A DNA stretch of 64,000 nucleotides from positions 22,391-86,390 of the forward strand of contig JAYVPO010000026.1 of the NCBI GenBank assembly GCA_043757325.1, written 5' to 3'. Below are positions 39,831 through 50,711 of this stretch, piece after piece. Numbering within the stretch: the stretch's first letter is position 1; every line of letters begins with the position of its first letter. The notes beneath the pieces are model-generated. The model searched no databases. It was not told the origin of the DNA and saw only the letters and a program-made list of their open reading frames with translations. Both the position numbers and the translations under genes were made by a program. Origin of the DNA: a bacterium. GTDB lineage: Bacteria > Bdellovibrionota_B > Oligoflexia > Oligoflexales > RGVZ01.

Positions 39831-41828
39831 CCTTTTCATCAATTTAAACGAATTGATACCGACAAATTGGCCTTTTTTATCCCAGCCTAGAATATGATAA
39901 GTCTGATTGACCGGAAGACTACCTAATTGACCAATAAAAATTCCGTCGTTGCTATTTTTATCTCTGCCGTCTTTAACAATCCCAAATTCATCTTTTCTGC
40001 TGCTCAAACAGTCGGCTTTCTTGCCTTTACAGATAATAAGTTGCTCGGCAGGACTTTTTAAGACAATCTGGTAACCGCCCGCGGCCACTTTACTGATTTT
40101 TGTTTCCACTTTTAAAGCTACAGACATTTCTTCGACCGCATCTTGGCAATTTGCAACTTCCTGTGCCAAACCGTGTTTTGAAAAAACACTATTTATCAAA
40201 CAAAAATTTGGAGATCTTACTGCTGCATTTCCGCCTTCGTTATCGAGCTGCAAAACAATATTATAAGACTCCTTATAAGTGTCTGCTGTGATCAAGTGAC
40301 GAAAGAATAAATGCTCTGCATAAGCCCTTCCTTGCTCGTCACCGTACCGCTCCATTAAAGATTTTCGCAAATCCCAAAACGTTCCGCCGATAATAAGCCC
40401 ATCATTGTGAACCTCACCACTCAGATCCTGGGGATATTTAGCGTTATTATTTAGCTGCCTAATTCCGGCCGTTCTCGACTTGAAAAAACCTTGTCCCAAG
40501 TTCGAACTTCCGGTTGCATAGCCCGAAACAATATCTCCAACACCTTCAGAAAACGCACCGTCATTCATACCCAAACTTTTACCGGTATAATTATCAAGAC
40601 CATGGCCCCATTCGTGAAATATCACGTCATTTACAACTGCCATATTGGCACAACCATTTCCTTCCGAATAAAAATTCACTGAGTTTTCTCCGCCTTGATA
40701 AAAAGCGTTACAACTTCCCGACACGTTCGTATTTACTATAACTTGAGTTTGAAAGTATTTTGTATCCACGTCAGAATAATACTTGCGAGCAAACTGATGA
40801 ATGCGGTGCAGTGCCACAAACGCGTTCGTTGTCCGCATATCATTGGCTGTTTCCAAATTCATCACGCCATTGGTTAAAGTTGTTGTGAACGGTGCGGACT
40901 GCAACTTAAACTGAGCACTTTCAAGGCTAACTTCTTCAGTACCGTTGGCATTGAAATCACCTTTTCCAAGCCAGTTTGTCACTCCGTTTTTTCCAATTTG
41001 CACATGGGGTACAACTTTGGAAACTTTATCAGAATCTTGGTAGCTTCGGTCATAAAGCATCGCAGTTAACGGAGCCGCTGAAGAAGCTGCTTCTGCAACA
41101 GTGCTTGAATATGTTTCCAAAACTTCGCCACTTGATTTTGAAATAGTGACCGTGGTTACAGAATTTGCGGCACCTTTTAATTTCACTTCGGTTGAACTAA
41201 CTAAAGTGATTTTCCCAGTTAAGTCTTGATGCGGAAAAAACATATCCGATTGAGAATCTACTGTGGACTTATAATTGGCCTCTAGCTTATTGATCAAATT
41301 CCCATCGATATTTTTCGCAGAATCTTCAACTTTTGCACCACCGTACGAGCGGCTTATTAGTTCAAAAAGTTTAAAATGATCTTGCGCATTTTTCGCAAAT
41401 ACGAGCTCAATCAAAGCATCACGCACAGGCTTGTCATTAATTTTTCGAGCAAATGATATGGAAATAAGTGAGTCATTAAGTTGATGCACGGCTTCGGTCG
41501 TGGAGATTTCGGCAGGAGTTACCCCAAATTGATCTGCATGGGAAGTTATGTAATTTAATGCAAAAGATTTTAGGTCGTCTTTACTAACAGACTCGACTTG
41601 ATTCGCATCAAAAGTTATTTTCGCAACGGTACCGGAATGTGTGTCTCGTTCGAGAGCAAACATTTCGCTTGTCAGTGGACTTCCAGAATAAGTCGGACTC
41701 ACCGCAATATTTCGACCAAAATTAAACGCCGATTGGATCAAATTTACGTTGTCTAAAACTTGGCCTTCAAAGCCTTGCTTGCCGCAAGCGGAGCTTAAAA
41801 TTAAAACTATTAAAAGATTTTTTTTCAT
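39828..41828 (-). CDS. secreted/lipoprotein zinc metalloprotease, thermolysin-like (M4/M36 clan)
   Basis: Lipobox LSSAC. HExxH site VIFHEWGHGL followed by the third-ligand motif GAFSEGVGDI (cf. thermolysin GAINEAISDI). Confidence 0.65.
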   Translation of the reverse strand: MKKNLLIVLILSSACGKQGFEGQVLDNVNLIQSAFNFGRNIAVSPTYSGSPLTSEMFALERDTHSGTVAKITFDANQVESVSKDDLKSFALNYITSHADQFGVTPAEISTTEAVHQLNDSLISISFARKINDKPVRDALIELVFAKNAQDHFKLFELISRSYGGAKVEDSAKNIDGNLINKLEANYKSTVDSQSDMFFPHQDLTGKITLVSSTEVKLKGAANSVTTVTISKSSGEVLETYSSTVAEAASSAAPLTAMLYDRSYQDSDKVSKVVPHVQIGKNGVTNWLGKGDFNANGTEEVSLESAQFKLQSAPFTTTLTNGVMNLETANDMRTTNAFVALHRIHQFARKYYSDVDTKYFQTQVIVNTNVSGSCNAFYQGGENSVNFYSEGNGCANMAVVNDVIFHEWGHGLDNYTGKSLGMNDGAFSEGVGDIVSGYATGSSNLGQGFFKSRTAGIRQLNNNAKYPQDLSGEVHNDGLIIGGTFWDLRKSLMERYGDEQGRAYAEHLFFRHLITADTYKESYNIVLQLDNEGGNAAVRSPNFCLINSVFSKHGLAQEVANCQDAVEEMSVALKVETKISKVAAGGYQIVLKSPAEQLIICKGKKADCLSSRKDEFGIVKDGRDKNSNDGIFIGQLGSLPVNQTYHILGWDKKGQFVGINSFKLMKR

Positions 41829-41840
41829 TTTTTTAATTCC

Positions 41841-42131
41841 TTAAGATTTTACACGAACAAGTAGAACTTCATCGACTTCACCAGAAATTTCTGTCCAGTT
41901 TAATAAGCTGATTTTTTCTTGTGGGCCAGTTGGTTGAGCATCCGGAACTTTTGCGATTTCAGGCGTCGAAGGCGTTACTGGCGCTTGTGGAATAGTCGGT
42001 GGAGTTTTCTTTTCCAGATTGTCATTGCCTGCTACACTTAAACTGGTGCGCTGATTGTTATCTTTTGAAGCGCCACAGGCGTTAAAAAACAGCGTTGCAA
42101 GCAAGGCAAGCCTTGAGAAGTTAATTTTCAT
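41841..42131 (-). CDS. small Pro-rich lipoprotein
   Basis: Lipobox FFNACG and a PT-rich low-complexity middle. 12 bp upstream of the metalloprotease gene on the same strand. Confidence 0.4.
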   Translation of the reverse strand: MKINFSRLALLATLFFNACGASKDNNQRTSLSVAGNDNLEKKTPPTIPQAPVTPSTPEIAKVPDAQPTGPQEKISLLNWTEISGEVDEVLLVRVKS

Positions 42132-42243
42132 AATATGGATTCCTCTATAAAATCTTTATCACCCGTCACAAGTTAGGCCTCGGAGTCATTGGGTAAAGAC
42201 TTGAGAGAAAACTCAAACCACGAAATTAAGCCTTAAATATAGG

Positions 42244-42858
42244 TTGGTTAAAATGAATGAGCTGGCCCGACTTAAAATCATTTTAAGACATAGGAATCGC
42301 CCGCGGTGGAGCGAAATACCACATTTTCTGCGAGATTTTTGGTCCAATAAAATAAGCTGCGAACTTTTACAAATCGCTATTTCACAAAAAATAGAAAAGG
42401 TTTTTTCCTATTGTGCCTTGCCAAATGAACTTGATGTAAACCTAGAAATTGTGAAAAATCTAGAACTTTATCTACCCGTTATTTTGCAAAATAAGGAGAT
42501 GACATTTGTCAAACTTGATGACTCAAAATCACTATCTAAAAACGCTTACGGAATATTACAGCCGTCTAGTACCGATTGGGTTACGCCTGGCCTAAATGAT
42601 TTAATAGTCCTGCCAGGAATAGCTTTCGATCGCAGCGGATTTCGCCTCGGAAAAGGGGCGGGCTACTATGATCGCTATCTCGCAAAACACAAAAATGTAA
42701 AAACCTGTGGTATCACTCTTGAGGCCTTTCTATATGAAAGTATCTTCCCTCAAGAATTTGATGTACCGGTAGATTTTCTTTTAACCGAAAAAAGATTTTT
42801 GACAGTTAAAAGTTGCTACTTGCAGAAAGCGCGCTTCAAAGCTGCCGTTTGTAATTAA
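42244..42858 (+). CDS. 5-formyltetrahydrofolate cyclo-ligase
   Basis: GKGAGYYDRYL motif diagnostic of the MTHFS family. 204 aa. Confidence 0.75.
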   Translation: MVKMNELARLKIILRHRNRPRWSEIPHFLRDFWSNKISCELLQIAISQKIEKVFSYCALPNELDVNLEIVKNLELYLPVILQNKEMTFVKLDDSKSLSKNAYGILQPSSTDWVTPGLNDLIVLPGIAFDRSGFRLGKGAGYYDRYLAKHKNVKTCGITLEAFLYESIFPQEFDVPVDFLLTEKRFLTVKSCYLQKARFKAAVCN

Positions 42859-42867
42859 AAAAATAAT

Positions 42868-43833
42868 TTAGGTGGACCGAGGCTTCTTCCCTACCGCGTC
42901 GTCATCCATAACAAGAGGCTTAGATAAAAGCATAAGTTCACGCAAAGTTCGAGTCATGCCCTCAGAACTTCCATCAAGTAAAATCATATTACCTTTATTA
43001 TTTTCGGCAAAATGTTTGATTGCATCTGTCCACATAGAAAACAAAATAACCGAAACATCTAAGCCCGCAGCCTTGGTTTGCTGCGCCGCTTTTGACATAC
43101 CTTGCGCCACCTCCTCTCGAAATAACGCCACCCCTTGGCCACGCAGCTGAGCTGCTTGCTTCTCTGCTTCAGCAGATATTCGAATCGCATTTCCTTCGGC
43201 TTCCGCTTCTTTGGTGCGCGTAATTAAAAGTGCCTGGCCCTGATTTTCGGCAGCTGCTTTTAAATTATTAGACGCCACAACTTGGGCCATCGAACGCATA
43301 ATTTCTTGATCAAAAGTAATGTCATTCATCTGCAAATCAATGAGGTGATAGCCCCAAGTTTCCAAAACAGAATCCAGCTGTTCTTTCACGTCCGCTATAA
43401 TTTCTCCACGTAAAGATAAAATCTCAGCTTGCTTTTTGGTCGCTACAAACCCGCGCACACAGCCTTCAACCGTGCGGATTAAAGCCTGCATTAGACTTGC
43501 TTGATCGATAAACTTGAACGCGACGTTTTTGATAGTTTCTTCGCTTGGGCTTAAAACGGAATATAACAACATAGCTTTAAAATAAACATTGGCCTGATCA
43601 AGAGTAATCGCTTGGAATTCCAGCTCTTGCGACTGATGCTGAATGGAAACGCGGCGAAAAATCATCTCGAAAATTGGAATTCGCATATTTAAACCCGGCA
43701 AAAGAATCCGCCGGTATTTTCCAAACATCGTCACCACAGCAACTTCTCCCTGGCGAACCGTTACCAAAAAAGTTCCCAAAATAGAAAATGCTGTCACCGC
43801 CAAAAAAACTAAAATAATAATTTCTACATTCAT
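42868..43833 (-). CDS. SPFH/band-7 (stomatin/prohibitin-like) membrane protein
   Basis: N-terminal TM, an SPFH core and a coiled-coil Ala/Glu/Gln-rich region. Confidence 0.75.
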   Translation of the reverse strand: MNVEIIILVFLAVTAFSILGTFLVTVRQGEVAVVTMFGKYRRILLPGLNMRIPIFEMIFRRVSIQHQSQELEFQAITLDQANVYFKAMLLYSVLSPSEETIKNVAFKFIDQASLMQALIRTVEGCVRGFVATKKQAEILSLRGEIIADVKEQLDSVLETWGYHLIDLQMNDITFDQEIMRSMAQVVASNNLKAAAENQGQALLITRTKEAEAEGNAIRISAEAEKQAAQLRGQGVALFREEVAQGMSKAAQQTKAAGLDVSVILFSMWTDAIKHFAENNKGNMILLDGSSEGMTRTLRELMLLSKPLVMDDDAVGKKPRST

Positions 43834-43842
43834 TTACGACTC

Positions 43843-46674
43843 CTAACTGTCCTGATAACTTTCTAACGGTTCACACGTACAAACTAAATTTCTATCGCCA
43901 AATGCGCCGTCAATTCGCGCAACACTTGGCCAAAATTTTCTTTCTCGCACCCACGGTAATGGAAAAGCCGCTTCTTCACGTGTGTAAGGGTAGTCCCAAT
44001 TTGATCCTGTAACCATAGAAACCGTATGCGGTGAGTTCTTTAGAAGGTTATTTTCTTTTGAGGTTTTTCCATTTTCGATAACTTCGATTTCCTTACGGAT
44101 AGCAATCATAGCATCACAAAACCGGTCAAGCTCGTCTTTGGATTCGCTTTCTGTGGGTTCGATCATTAAAGTCCCGCCAATAGGAAAAGACACGGTCGGT
44201 GCATGAAAACCATAATCCATCAGCCTTTTTGCAACATCTTCTACTTCCACGTTCGATTTCAATTTTAAAGGCCGAAGATCAATAATACATTCGTGCGCCA
44301 CGCGATTTTTTTTACCGCGAAACAAAATAGGATAATGGGGTTGCAAACGCTCCGCCATATAATTCGCGTTTAGAATAGCCAAAGTTGTTGCACGAAGCAG
44401 TCCTTCTGCTCCCATCATCTGTATATACATCCAGGAAATGGGCAGAATACTGGCACTAGACCACTGTGCTGCCGATACGGGACCGATCGCCGCTTCTCCG
44501 TGCAATTTGACAACAGGATGCGTGGGCAAATAGTTTTGCAAATGACTTTTTACACCGATGGGACCCATTCCAGGACCGCCGCCCCCATGTGGAATACAAA
44601 AAGTTTTATGCAAGTTTAAATGACAAACGTCGGCGCCAAAATCTGCCGGCCGACAAATTCCCACTTGAGCGTTCATGTTTGCGCCATCCATGTAAACTTG
44701 GCCGCCACAGCTATGTATCATAGCGCATATTTCTCGAATCGCTTCTTCAAAAACCCCGTGCGTAGACGGGTAGGTGATCATTAAAACTGCTAGATTTTCT
44801 TTGTGTAAGTTTGCTTTTTCTTGCAAATCTTTGGCGTCCACATTGCCTTCAAGATCGGTTTTTATCACAACAACTTTCATGCCCGCCATCGCAGCACTGG
44901 CCGGATTTGTGCCGTGAGCCGATTGCGGAATTAAACACACATCACGTCTCGACTCGCCCCGTGTTTCAAAGTATTTTTTAATAACGAGTAGCCCTGCGTA
45001 CTCTCCTTGCGAGCCGCTATTAGGCTGTAAAGACACCGCATCAAAGCCTGTTATTTCACAGAGCATATTTTCTAACTGCGAAAACAATACCTGATAGCCC
45101 AAGGTTTGATCTTTCGGAGCAAAAGGATGCAGCCCATTAAATTCTTTCCAGGTAATTGGCATGAGTTCCGCGGCCGCATTTAATTTCATCGTGCAAGAAC
45201 CTAGAGGAATCATCGAATGAGTTAAAGAAAGATCTTTTGCTTCAAGACTTTTGATGTAACGCATCATTTTACTTTCGCTGTGAAACGCGTGAAAAACTTT
45301 TTGTTGCAGAATTTTTCCGGTGCGCAAAAAAGTCATGGGAATCTGCAAATTGCTTTCAAGGTCAAAGTTTTCGGTCTGACAAAAATGCTCGATAAGTTTT
45401 TTTAAAGTTTCATCATTAATGGTTTCATCAAAAGATACGCCCAAGGAATTATCTTTATCATGGAAAAAATTAAATTCTGGATGTTCCAAAAACCGGTGGG
45501 CATTTTCCACTGTCACTGTGTCAAAAAATATATCGTGTTTTATTTTCAGACCAGCTTTTCTAAGAGCTTTAGCAAAAGTTGCTGCTGCCGTATGGATTTT
45601 TCGAGCGATGTTTATCAAACCTTCGGGGCCGTGGTAAACAGCATACATGCTAGACATTACCGCGAGTAAAACTTGGGCAGTACAGATGTTGCTCGTAGCT
45701 TTTTCGCGGCGAATATGCTGCTCTCTCGTTTGTAAGGCAAGACGCATGGCTTTGCGACCCTCCTTGTCATTTGATACGCCGACAATTCGCCCAGGAATTT
45801 TTCGTTTATGGTCTTCAGTGGTCGCAAAATAAGCCGCATGGGGACCACCAAAACCAAGCGGTACGCCAAGTCTTTGAGCTGTACCAATTGCGATATCTGC
45901 GCCGAGATCCTTTGGGCTTTTTAGCAAACAAAGTGCGAGTAAATCACAGGCTACAGTCGTAATTATTTTTTTAGCGCGAGCTTTTGCGATCAACGGTTCG
46001 AGATTTTTCACTTCACCAGTTGTCCCTGGATACTGCAGCAAAACACCAAAAACATGCGGGGTAAAAGATTCCGGCGATTTACAGACTTGAATTTTAATTT
46101 TTAAAGGCCAAGCACGAGTTTCTAGCACAGCGACGGTTTGAGGGTGACAATCTTCTGCCACCAAAAAAACATCGGCTGCGTTTTCAACCCGTGACGAATA
46201 GGCCAAAGCCATGGCTTCCGCAGCGGCTGTGGCCTCGTCCAAAAGGCTTGCGTTGGTTACAGAAAAGCCAGTCAGCTCACAAATTAAAGTCTGAAAATTT
46301 AGCAGTGCTTCCAATCGGCCTTGGGCGATTTCCGCTTGATACGGCGTGTATTGGGTGTACCAACCGGGGTTTTCTAAAACATTTCGCTGAATCACTGCAG
46401 GCGTAACGCAATCGTAGTAACCTTTTCCAATAAAAGATTTTTTCACGATGTTTTTTTGCGCAATTATTTTTAATTTTTCCAGGGCTTCAACTTCACTGAG
46501 CGCTTCTGGTAAACGTAGCTTTTTTTGCAGGCGAATTCCTGAAGGGACTGTTTCCGCACGCAATTCTTCGAGAGAATTTAAATTTAAAAATTCTAGAAGT
46601 TTCTGCGTTTCTTTAGAATCAGGACCAATATGGCGATCGGAAAAAAGGGTGTCAAAAGACTTAAGGTTTGTCAT
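43843..46674 (-). CDS. gcvP: glycine dehydrogenase (decarboxylating), single-chain P protein
   Basis: 943 aa with both the N- and C-terminal PLP-fold halves. Confidence 0.9.
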   Translation of the reverse strand: MTNLKSFDTLFSDRHIGPDSKETQKLLEFLNLNSLEELRAETVPSGIRLQKKLRLPEALSEVEALEKLKIIAQKNIVKKSFIGKGYYDCVTPAVIQRNVLENPGWYTQYTPYQAEIAQGRLEALLNFQTLICELTGFSVTNASLLDEATAAAEAMALAYSSRVENAADVFLVAEDCHPQTVAVLETRAWPLKIKIQVCKSPESFTPHVFGVLLQYPGTTGEVKNLEPLIAKARAKKIITTVACDLLALCLLKSPKDLGADIAIGTAQRLGVPLGFGGPHAAYFATTEDHKRKIPGRIVGVSNDKEGRKAMRLALQTREQHIRREKATSNICTAQVLLAVMSSMYAVYHGPEGLINIARKIHTAAATFAKALRKAGLKIKHDIFFDTVTVENAHRFLEHPEFNFFHDKDNSLGVSFDETINDETLKKLIEHFCQTENFDLESNLQIPMTFLRTGKILQQKVFHAFHSESKMMRYIKSLEAKDLSLTHSMIPLGSCTMKLNAAAELMPITWKEFNGLHPFAPKDQTLGYQVLFSQLENMLCEITGFDAVSLQPNSGSQGEYAGLLVIKKYFETRGESRRDVCLIPQSAHGTNPASAAMAGMKVVVIKTDLEGNVDAKDLQEKANLHKENLAVLMITYPSTHGVFEEAIREICAMIHSCGGQVYMDGANMNAQVGICRPADFGADVCHLNLHKTFCIPHGGGGPGMGPIGVKSHLQNYLPTHPVVKLHGEAAIGPVSAAQWSSASILPISWMYIQMMGAEGLLRATTLAILNANYMAERLQPHYPILFRGKKNRVAHECIIDLRPLKLKSNVEVEDVAKRLMDYGFHAPTVSFPIGGTLMIEPTESESKDELDRFCDAMIAIRKEIEVIENGKTSKENNLLKNSPHTVSMVTGSNWDYPYTREEAAFPLPWVRERKFWPSVARIDGAFGDRNLVCTCEPLESYQDS

Positions 46675-46679
46675 TTTAT

Positions 46680-47576
46680 TTAAGTGTCTCCTCTGGTGAT
46701 TAGATTCCTGTGCACGACATTAAAGACTAAATTTTCCATCTTTTTACGTGAAAATAATTCATAAAGTTTTTCAACGATGGCGACACTGCGATGCTTTCCG
46801 CCGGTGCAGCCAATTCCAATACGCACAAAGTTTTTGCCTTCTTTATGATATTTTGGCAGTGAAAATTCCATCCATTGCTCGATTAAATGCAAAGTTTTTT
46901 TGGAATCGGATTTTGAAAAAATAAATTTTTGTACCGGCTTATCTAATCCAGATAATTCTTTTAATTCGGGCCGAAAGTAGGGATTTTCTAAAAACCGAAC
47001 ATCAAAAATATTTTCCGCTGTACTCATGCCGCCAAACTTAAATCCAAAGCTGCATAGCGTAACATAGGTCGAACGTTTAAAAACACCTGAATGGTAGCGT
47101 TCTTCCAGTGAGCTCTGCAAAGTTTGTGGCGACCAAATAGTCGTATCAAATACAACATTAGAATGCTCTTCAACAGACTTGAGGAGCTTTTTTTCTAGTC
47201 TTACGGCGGCCTTTAAATCTTCTGCTTGATCCATTAAAGGATGCTTCCTGCGAGAACTTGTGTACCTGGCCAGAATTGTTTCTTCGGCACACGATAAAAA
47301 AATCACATCGAGATGAATGGCCTTGTCAATTTTAGCTTTAATGCGCTCAAAATCAGCTGTTTGTTTAGCGTTGATTAAATGAATGCCCACCGCAAAACCA
47401 GACATAGTAGAAGTTTGATTTTTAAAAACTTCGGTCGCTTCTTCAAGTAAGATTAAAGGCAAATTATCTATACAATAAAAATTATTGTCTTGGAGAATAT
47501 TAAGAGCCGTAGTTAGACCACTGCCCGATTGGCCAACAATAATAACCACCAAAGGCTGAGCTTTCTTTTTTTTCAT
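46680..47576 (-). CDS. rapZ: RNase adapter protein RapZ (YhbJ/YvcJ)
   Basis: P-loop [14 protein letters not shown], ~290 aa, immediately downstream of rpoN. Start taken at MKKKKAQP; the ORF extends to 47603. Confidence 0.8.
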   Translation of the reverse strand: MKKKKAQPLVVIIVGQSGSGLTTALNILQDNNFYCIDNLPLILLEEATEVFKNQTSTMSGFAVGIHLINAKQTADFERIKAKIDKAIHLDVIFLSCAEETILARYTSSRRKHPLMDQAEDLKAAVRLEKKLLKSVEEHSNVVFDTTIWSPQTLQSSLEERYHSGVFKRSTYVTLCSFGFKFGGMSTAENIFDVRFLENPYFRPELKELSGLDKPVQKFIFSKSDSKKTLHLIEQWMEFSLPKYHKEGKNFVRIGIGCTGGKHRSVAIVEKLYELFSRKKMENLVFNVVHRNLITRGDT

Positions 47577-47606
47577 ACCTCTTATGTTGCCACTTGAAAT
47601 CAAGCG

Positions 47607-49070
47607 TTAGAAGTATTTTTTTCTTTTACTTGAAGGTAGGATTTGTAGCTGCTCTCGATATTTGGCAACAGTGCGTCGGGCCAGTTGGATATTCTTGGTT
47701 TCAAGAATTTCTACAATCTGTTGATCAGATAGGGGATTTTTGACATCTTCATGGCGTACAACCTCTTCGATAATATTTTTTACCGACTCGGAAGCTAAGG
47801 ATTCTCCACCCGACCGAGGAATCGAACTACTAAAAAAATACTTCAGCTCAAAAATTCCGCGCGGGGTTTGGATATATTTGTTGGTTGTAACGCGGCTGAC
47901 TGTGGATTCGTGCATTTCTATGTCGTCTGCAATATCTCGCAAAACCATAGGTTTTAAAAAATGATCACCTTTTTCAAAAAAATCTTTTTGCCTTTCGACA
48001 ATTTTTTCGGCAACTTTAAAAATCGTTCCTTGACGTTGTTGAATGCTTTTAATCAACCACTGAGCGCTTTTGTATTTTTCTTGCAGGTAGTCTTTATCTT
48101 GGCCTTTAGTTTGACCACTTTTCATTAAGTCTTTGTAAAATTCGCTGGTTTTAAGCCGCGGCAAGCCATCTTCATTCATGGTCACAACCCAACGGTCGCC
48201 AAGCTTTATAACGTATACGTCTGGTATTATATACTGCGGATTGTCGATTCCAAATTGACGTCCCGGAATAGGTTCCAATTCAGATATAATGTGCACGTGT
48301 TCTATCACATTTTCTAAAGAAATTTTTAGGCTTTTGGCGATTAAATTATAATTTCTAGTGGTGAGCTCATTGAGATGAAACTCCACAATTTTTTCGACGG
48401 TACCGTTTTTTAATTTTTTATAATGCAGCTGTAGCAGCAGACACTCTTTTAAATCTCTTGCCCCAACCCCAGCAGGGTCAAATCTCTGCACCGTTTCTAA
48501 AGCGTCTTGAGCGTCTTCTGTCGAGCAATTTTCTTTCGCTACAAAATCCTCAAGGCTCAGCGTAAAATAGCCTTTGTCATCCACGTTACCAATGATAATG
48601 CCCGCAAGCCTTTTCTCTTCATCAGAAAGTTTCCATTCGCTAAGCTGCTTCTCCAAGTGTTCCTGCAACGTATCACCGCGCGTAATAATATTTTCATACT
48701 GCGGACCATCTTCAGTTTGAGTCCCAGAAGTTCTTGATGAATGCGCGGCATCATCTCGGCTCACAAAAGATTCCCAGTCGGTATCTTGTTTATCTTGCTC
48801 TCCGACCCGATCCACTATCTCAGACACTTCGCCCATGCGTTCGGACATGGCCTGATCTTCGGTGTGCTCTTGTTCTTTTTCTGCTTGAATTATTACGTCG
48901 GCCGAGTCGCCACTGTTCTCCTCAAGAATAGGATTCTCATTTAACTGCAGCTCGACAAATTCTTCCAACTCCATCCGCGAAAGTTGTAGCAACTTTATCG
49001 CCTGCTGAAGCTGCGGCGTCATCAAAAGTTGCTGGGTAAGTTTTAAACTCTGTTTTAAATCAAAAGCCAT
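47607..49070 (-). CDS. rpoN: RNA polymerase sigma-54 factor
   Basis: Gln/Leu-rich region I (LKQSLKLTQQLLMTPQLQQAIKLLQLSRMELEEF), a C-terminal HTH and the RpoN box ARRTVAKYRE. Confidence 0.95.
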   Translation of the reverse strand: MAFDLKQSLKLTQQLLMTPQLQQAIKLLQLSRMELEEFVELQLNENPILEENSGDSADVIIQAEKEQEHTEDQAMSERMGEVSEIVDRVGEQDKQDTDWESFVSRDDAAHSSRTSGTQTEDGPQYENIITRGDTLQEHLEKQLSEWKLSDEEKRLAGIIIGNVDDKGYFTLSLEDFVAKENCSTEDAQDALETVQRFDPAGVGARDLKECLLLQLHYKKLKNGTVEKIVEFHLNELTTRNYNLIAKSLKISLENVIEHVHIISELEPIPGRQFGIDNPQYIIPDVYVIKLGDRWVVTMNEDGLPRLKTSEFYKDLMKSGQTKGQDKDYLQEKYKSAQWLIKSIQQRQGTIFKVAEKIVERQKDFFEKGDHFLKPMVLRDIADDIEMHESTVSRVTTNKYIQTPRGIFELKYFFSSSIPRSGGESLASESVKNIIEEVVRHEDVKNPLSDQQIVEILETKNIQLARRTVAKYREQLQILPSSKRKKYF

Positions 49071-49104
49071 ACGTTTATCTTACACGAGAACCAAACCAGT
49101 GTCA

Positions 49105-49159
49105 TTCTCCTCTTCTTATTTCCTCTCCTCTTTCCTCTCCTCTTTCCTCACTTCTCTCA
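49105..49159. repeat. polypyrimidine (CT) tract with tandem 12-bp repeats (CCTCTCCTCTTT x2 plus partial)
   Basis: Lies in the 230-bp spacer between the lptB stop and the rpoN start. It is polypurine on the transcribed strand. Confidence 0.6.
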
Positions 49160-49299
49160 GAGGTAGTTTAGGCCGTCCAAAAACCAGGAGAGCAAGGAAA
49201 GGCGAGACAAAAAGACGGAGCGTACGCACTGGTAAGTGAGCATTTTTTGGCGAAGACTTGACGCAGCTATTGTGGATTTTTCGGCGGCCTAGAGGCGGC

Positions 49300-50019
49300 C
49301 TAAAATTGGAAATTCTCGCCGAGATAAGTTTCAATGACTATCCGATCCTTCGCAACTTCATTAGGAAGTCCCTGGGAAATAATTTCACCGCCTGCTAAAA
49401 TATAAGCCCGGTCACAACTGCCTAATGTTTCTCTAACGTTATGATCTGTGATTAATACGCCTATACCATCTTCTTTGATGGCTTGAATTATTCCTTGAAT
49501 TTCGTGCACGGTCACCGGGTCGATTCCAGCAAAAGGCTCATCCAAAAGTAAAAATTTCGGTTCGATAATTAAGGCTCGCGCAATTTCCACACGCCTTCTT
49601 TCACCTCCGGAAAGTGCTGCCCCTAAAGATTTTGCAATATGACCGATTTGAAATTTGGTAAGCAGTTCGTCTAATTTTTCTTTTCTTTTATCATGCGGAA
49701 CGCCCGTGATTTCCATAATCGAAACAAGATTATCTTCTACACTCATGCGACGAAAAATGGACATGTTCTGGGGCAAATAAGATATCCCGCGTTTTGCTCT
49801 AACATGCATAGGAAGATCGGTAATATCTTCATCATCTAGTAAAATTCTTCCCGATTGTGGAAAAAGTAATCCCACCACCATATAAAAACTTGTGGTTTTA
49901 CCGGCACCGTTTGGACCAAGCAGTCCAACTACTTCTCCAGTGGACACGCGAAATGTTACGCCTTTTACTACCTGGCGCGATTTAAAAGATTTTGTAATTT
50001 GTTCGGCAACAAGTTTCAT
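49300..50019 (-). CDS. lptB: LPS export ABC transporter ATP-binding protein
   Basis: Walker A GPNGAGKTT, signature LSGGERRR and Walker B LLLDEPFAGIDP. Sits in the lptC-lptA-lptB-rpoN context. Confidence 0.9.
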   Translation of the reverse strand: MKLVAEQITKSFKSRQVVKGVTFRVSTGEVVGLLGPNGAGKTTSFYMVVGLLFPQSGRILLDDEDITDLPMHVRAKRGISYLPQNMSIFRRMSVEDNLVSIMEITGVPHDKRKEKLDELLTKFQIGHIAKSLGAALSGGERRRVEIARALIIEPKFLLLDEPFAGIDPVTVHEIQGIIQAIKEDGIGVLITDHNVRETLGSCDRAYILAGGEIISQGLPNEVAKDRIVIETYLGENFQF

Positions 50020-50711
50020 TTAGGTTTTTTTTCGCGGTTTTTTTCTGTTGATTTTTCGGGTGTTTTTTCTAGTGTTTTTTCCGAAGTCTCTTGATTACCT
50101 GGTTGCACAATGCCTTCCACGCGGTCGGCTTTAATCCACCCGGATTTTAAATCATAAGAAATTTGCTTTCCGGTCATAAGATCGTCGCCGCGCCAAATTT
50201 TTGGTTCGCCTCGTAGTAGAACTTTTTGATCGGCATTGTAAAAGACGGCCTCTCTTGCATCGGCTTTGATAATTTGACCCGTCTCGTGATTTTTTTTAAA
50301 AAACTTTACTTTTCCTGAAGCATTGATTTGTTTCACTTCGTTTGAAGTTGGGTGAAAATAAATGGTTGCTTGAGTGGATTCCATTCGCATATCGCCTTGA
50401 GTAACCACCACATCGTCCTGGAGAAAAATCGTGCCCTCAGACCGGGTGCCTTTAAGACTTTTGCTTTCAAACGTTACTGGCTGGGCCTCACTTGATTTTG
50501 TATTTGTAGACTTTTTATTTTTTATTTTGGACGTCCGTTTATTTCCAGGTTTTGCTTCAGTGTTTTGATCTGGTTTCGGGCTTGGTTCGGCAATTGAAAT
50601 ACTCGCTGTAGGAGTAGGAGCGGGCGCTGAAATTTTATTTTCTACGTCGATTAAATCGGCCTTTAGAAAACCAGTGCGCATTAAAAAATAGAAAATGAAA
50701 ATAACCTTCAT
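50016..50711 (-). CDS. lptA: LPS transport periplasmic protein LptA (OstA-like) with low-complexity extensions
   Basis: OstA-like beta-jellyroll core with signal peptide, between lptC and lptB. Unusual Pro/Ser/Lys-rich N-terminal and Glu/Lys-rich C-terminal tails. Confidence 0.6.
   Translation of the reverse strand: MKVIFIFYFLMRTGFLKADLIDVENKISAPAPTPTASISIAEPSPKPDQNTEAKPGNKRTSKIKNKKSTNTKSSEAQPVTFESKSLKGTRSEGTIFLQDDVVVTQGDMRMESTQATIYFHPTSNEVKQINASGKVKFFKKNHETGQIIKADAREAVFYNADQKVLLRGEPKIWRGDDLMTGKQISYDLKSGWIKADRVEGIVQPGNQETSEKTLEKTPEKSTEKNREKKPK

Noticed and set aside
49116-49334. 72-aa ORF ending in EERKEERK
   Set aside because: Generated by the polypurine repeat. It overlaps the lptB 3' end and has no start context, so it is likely non-coding.
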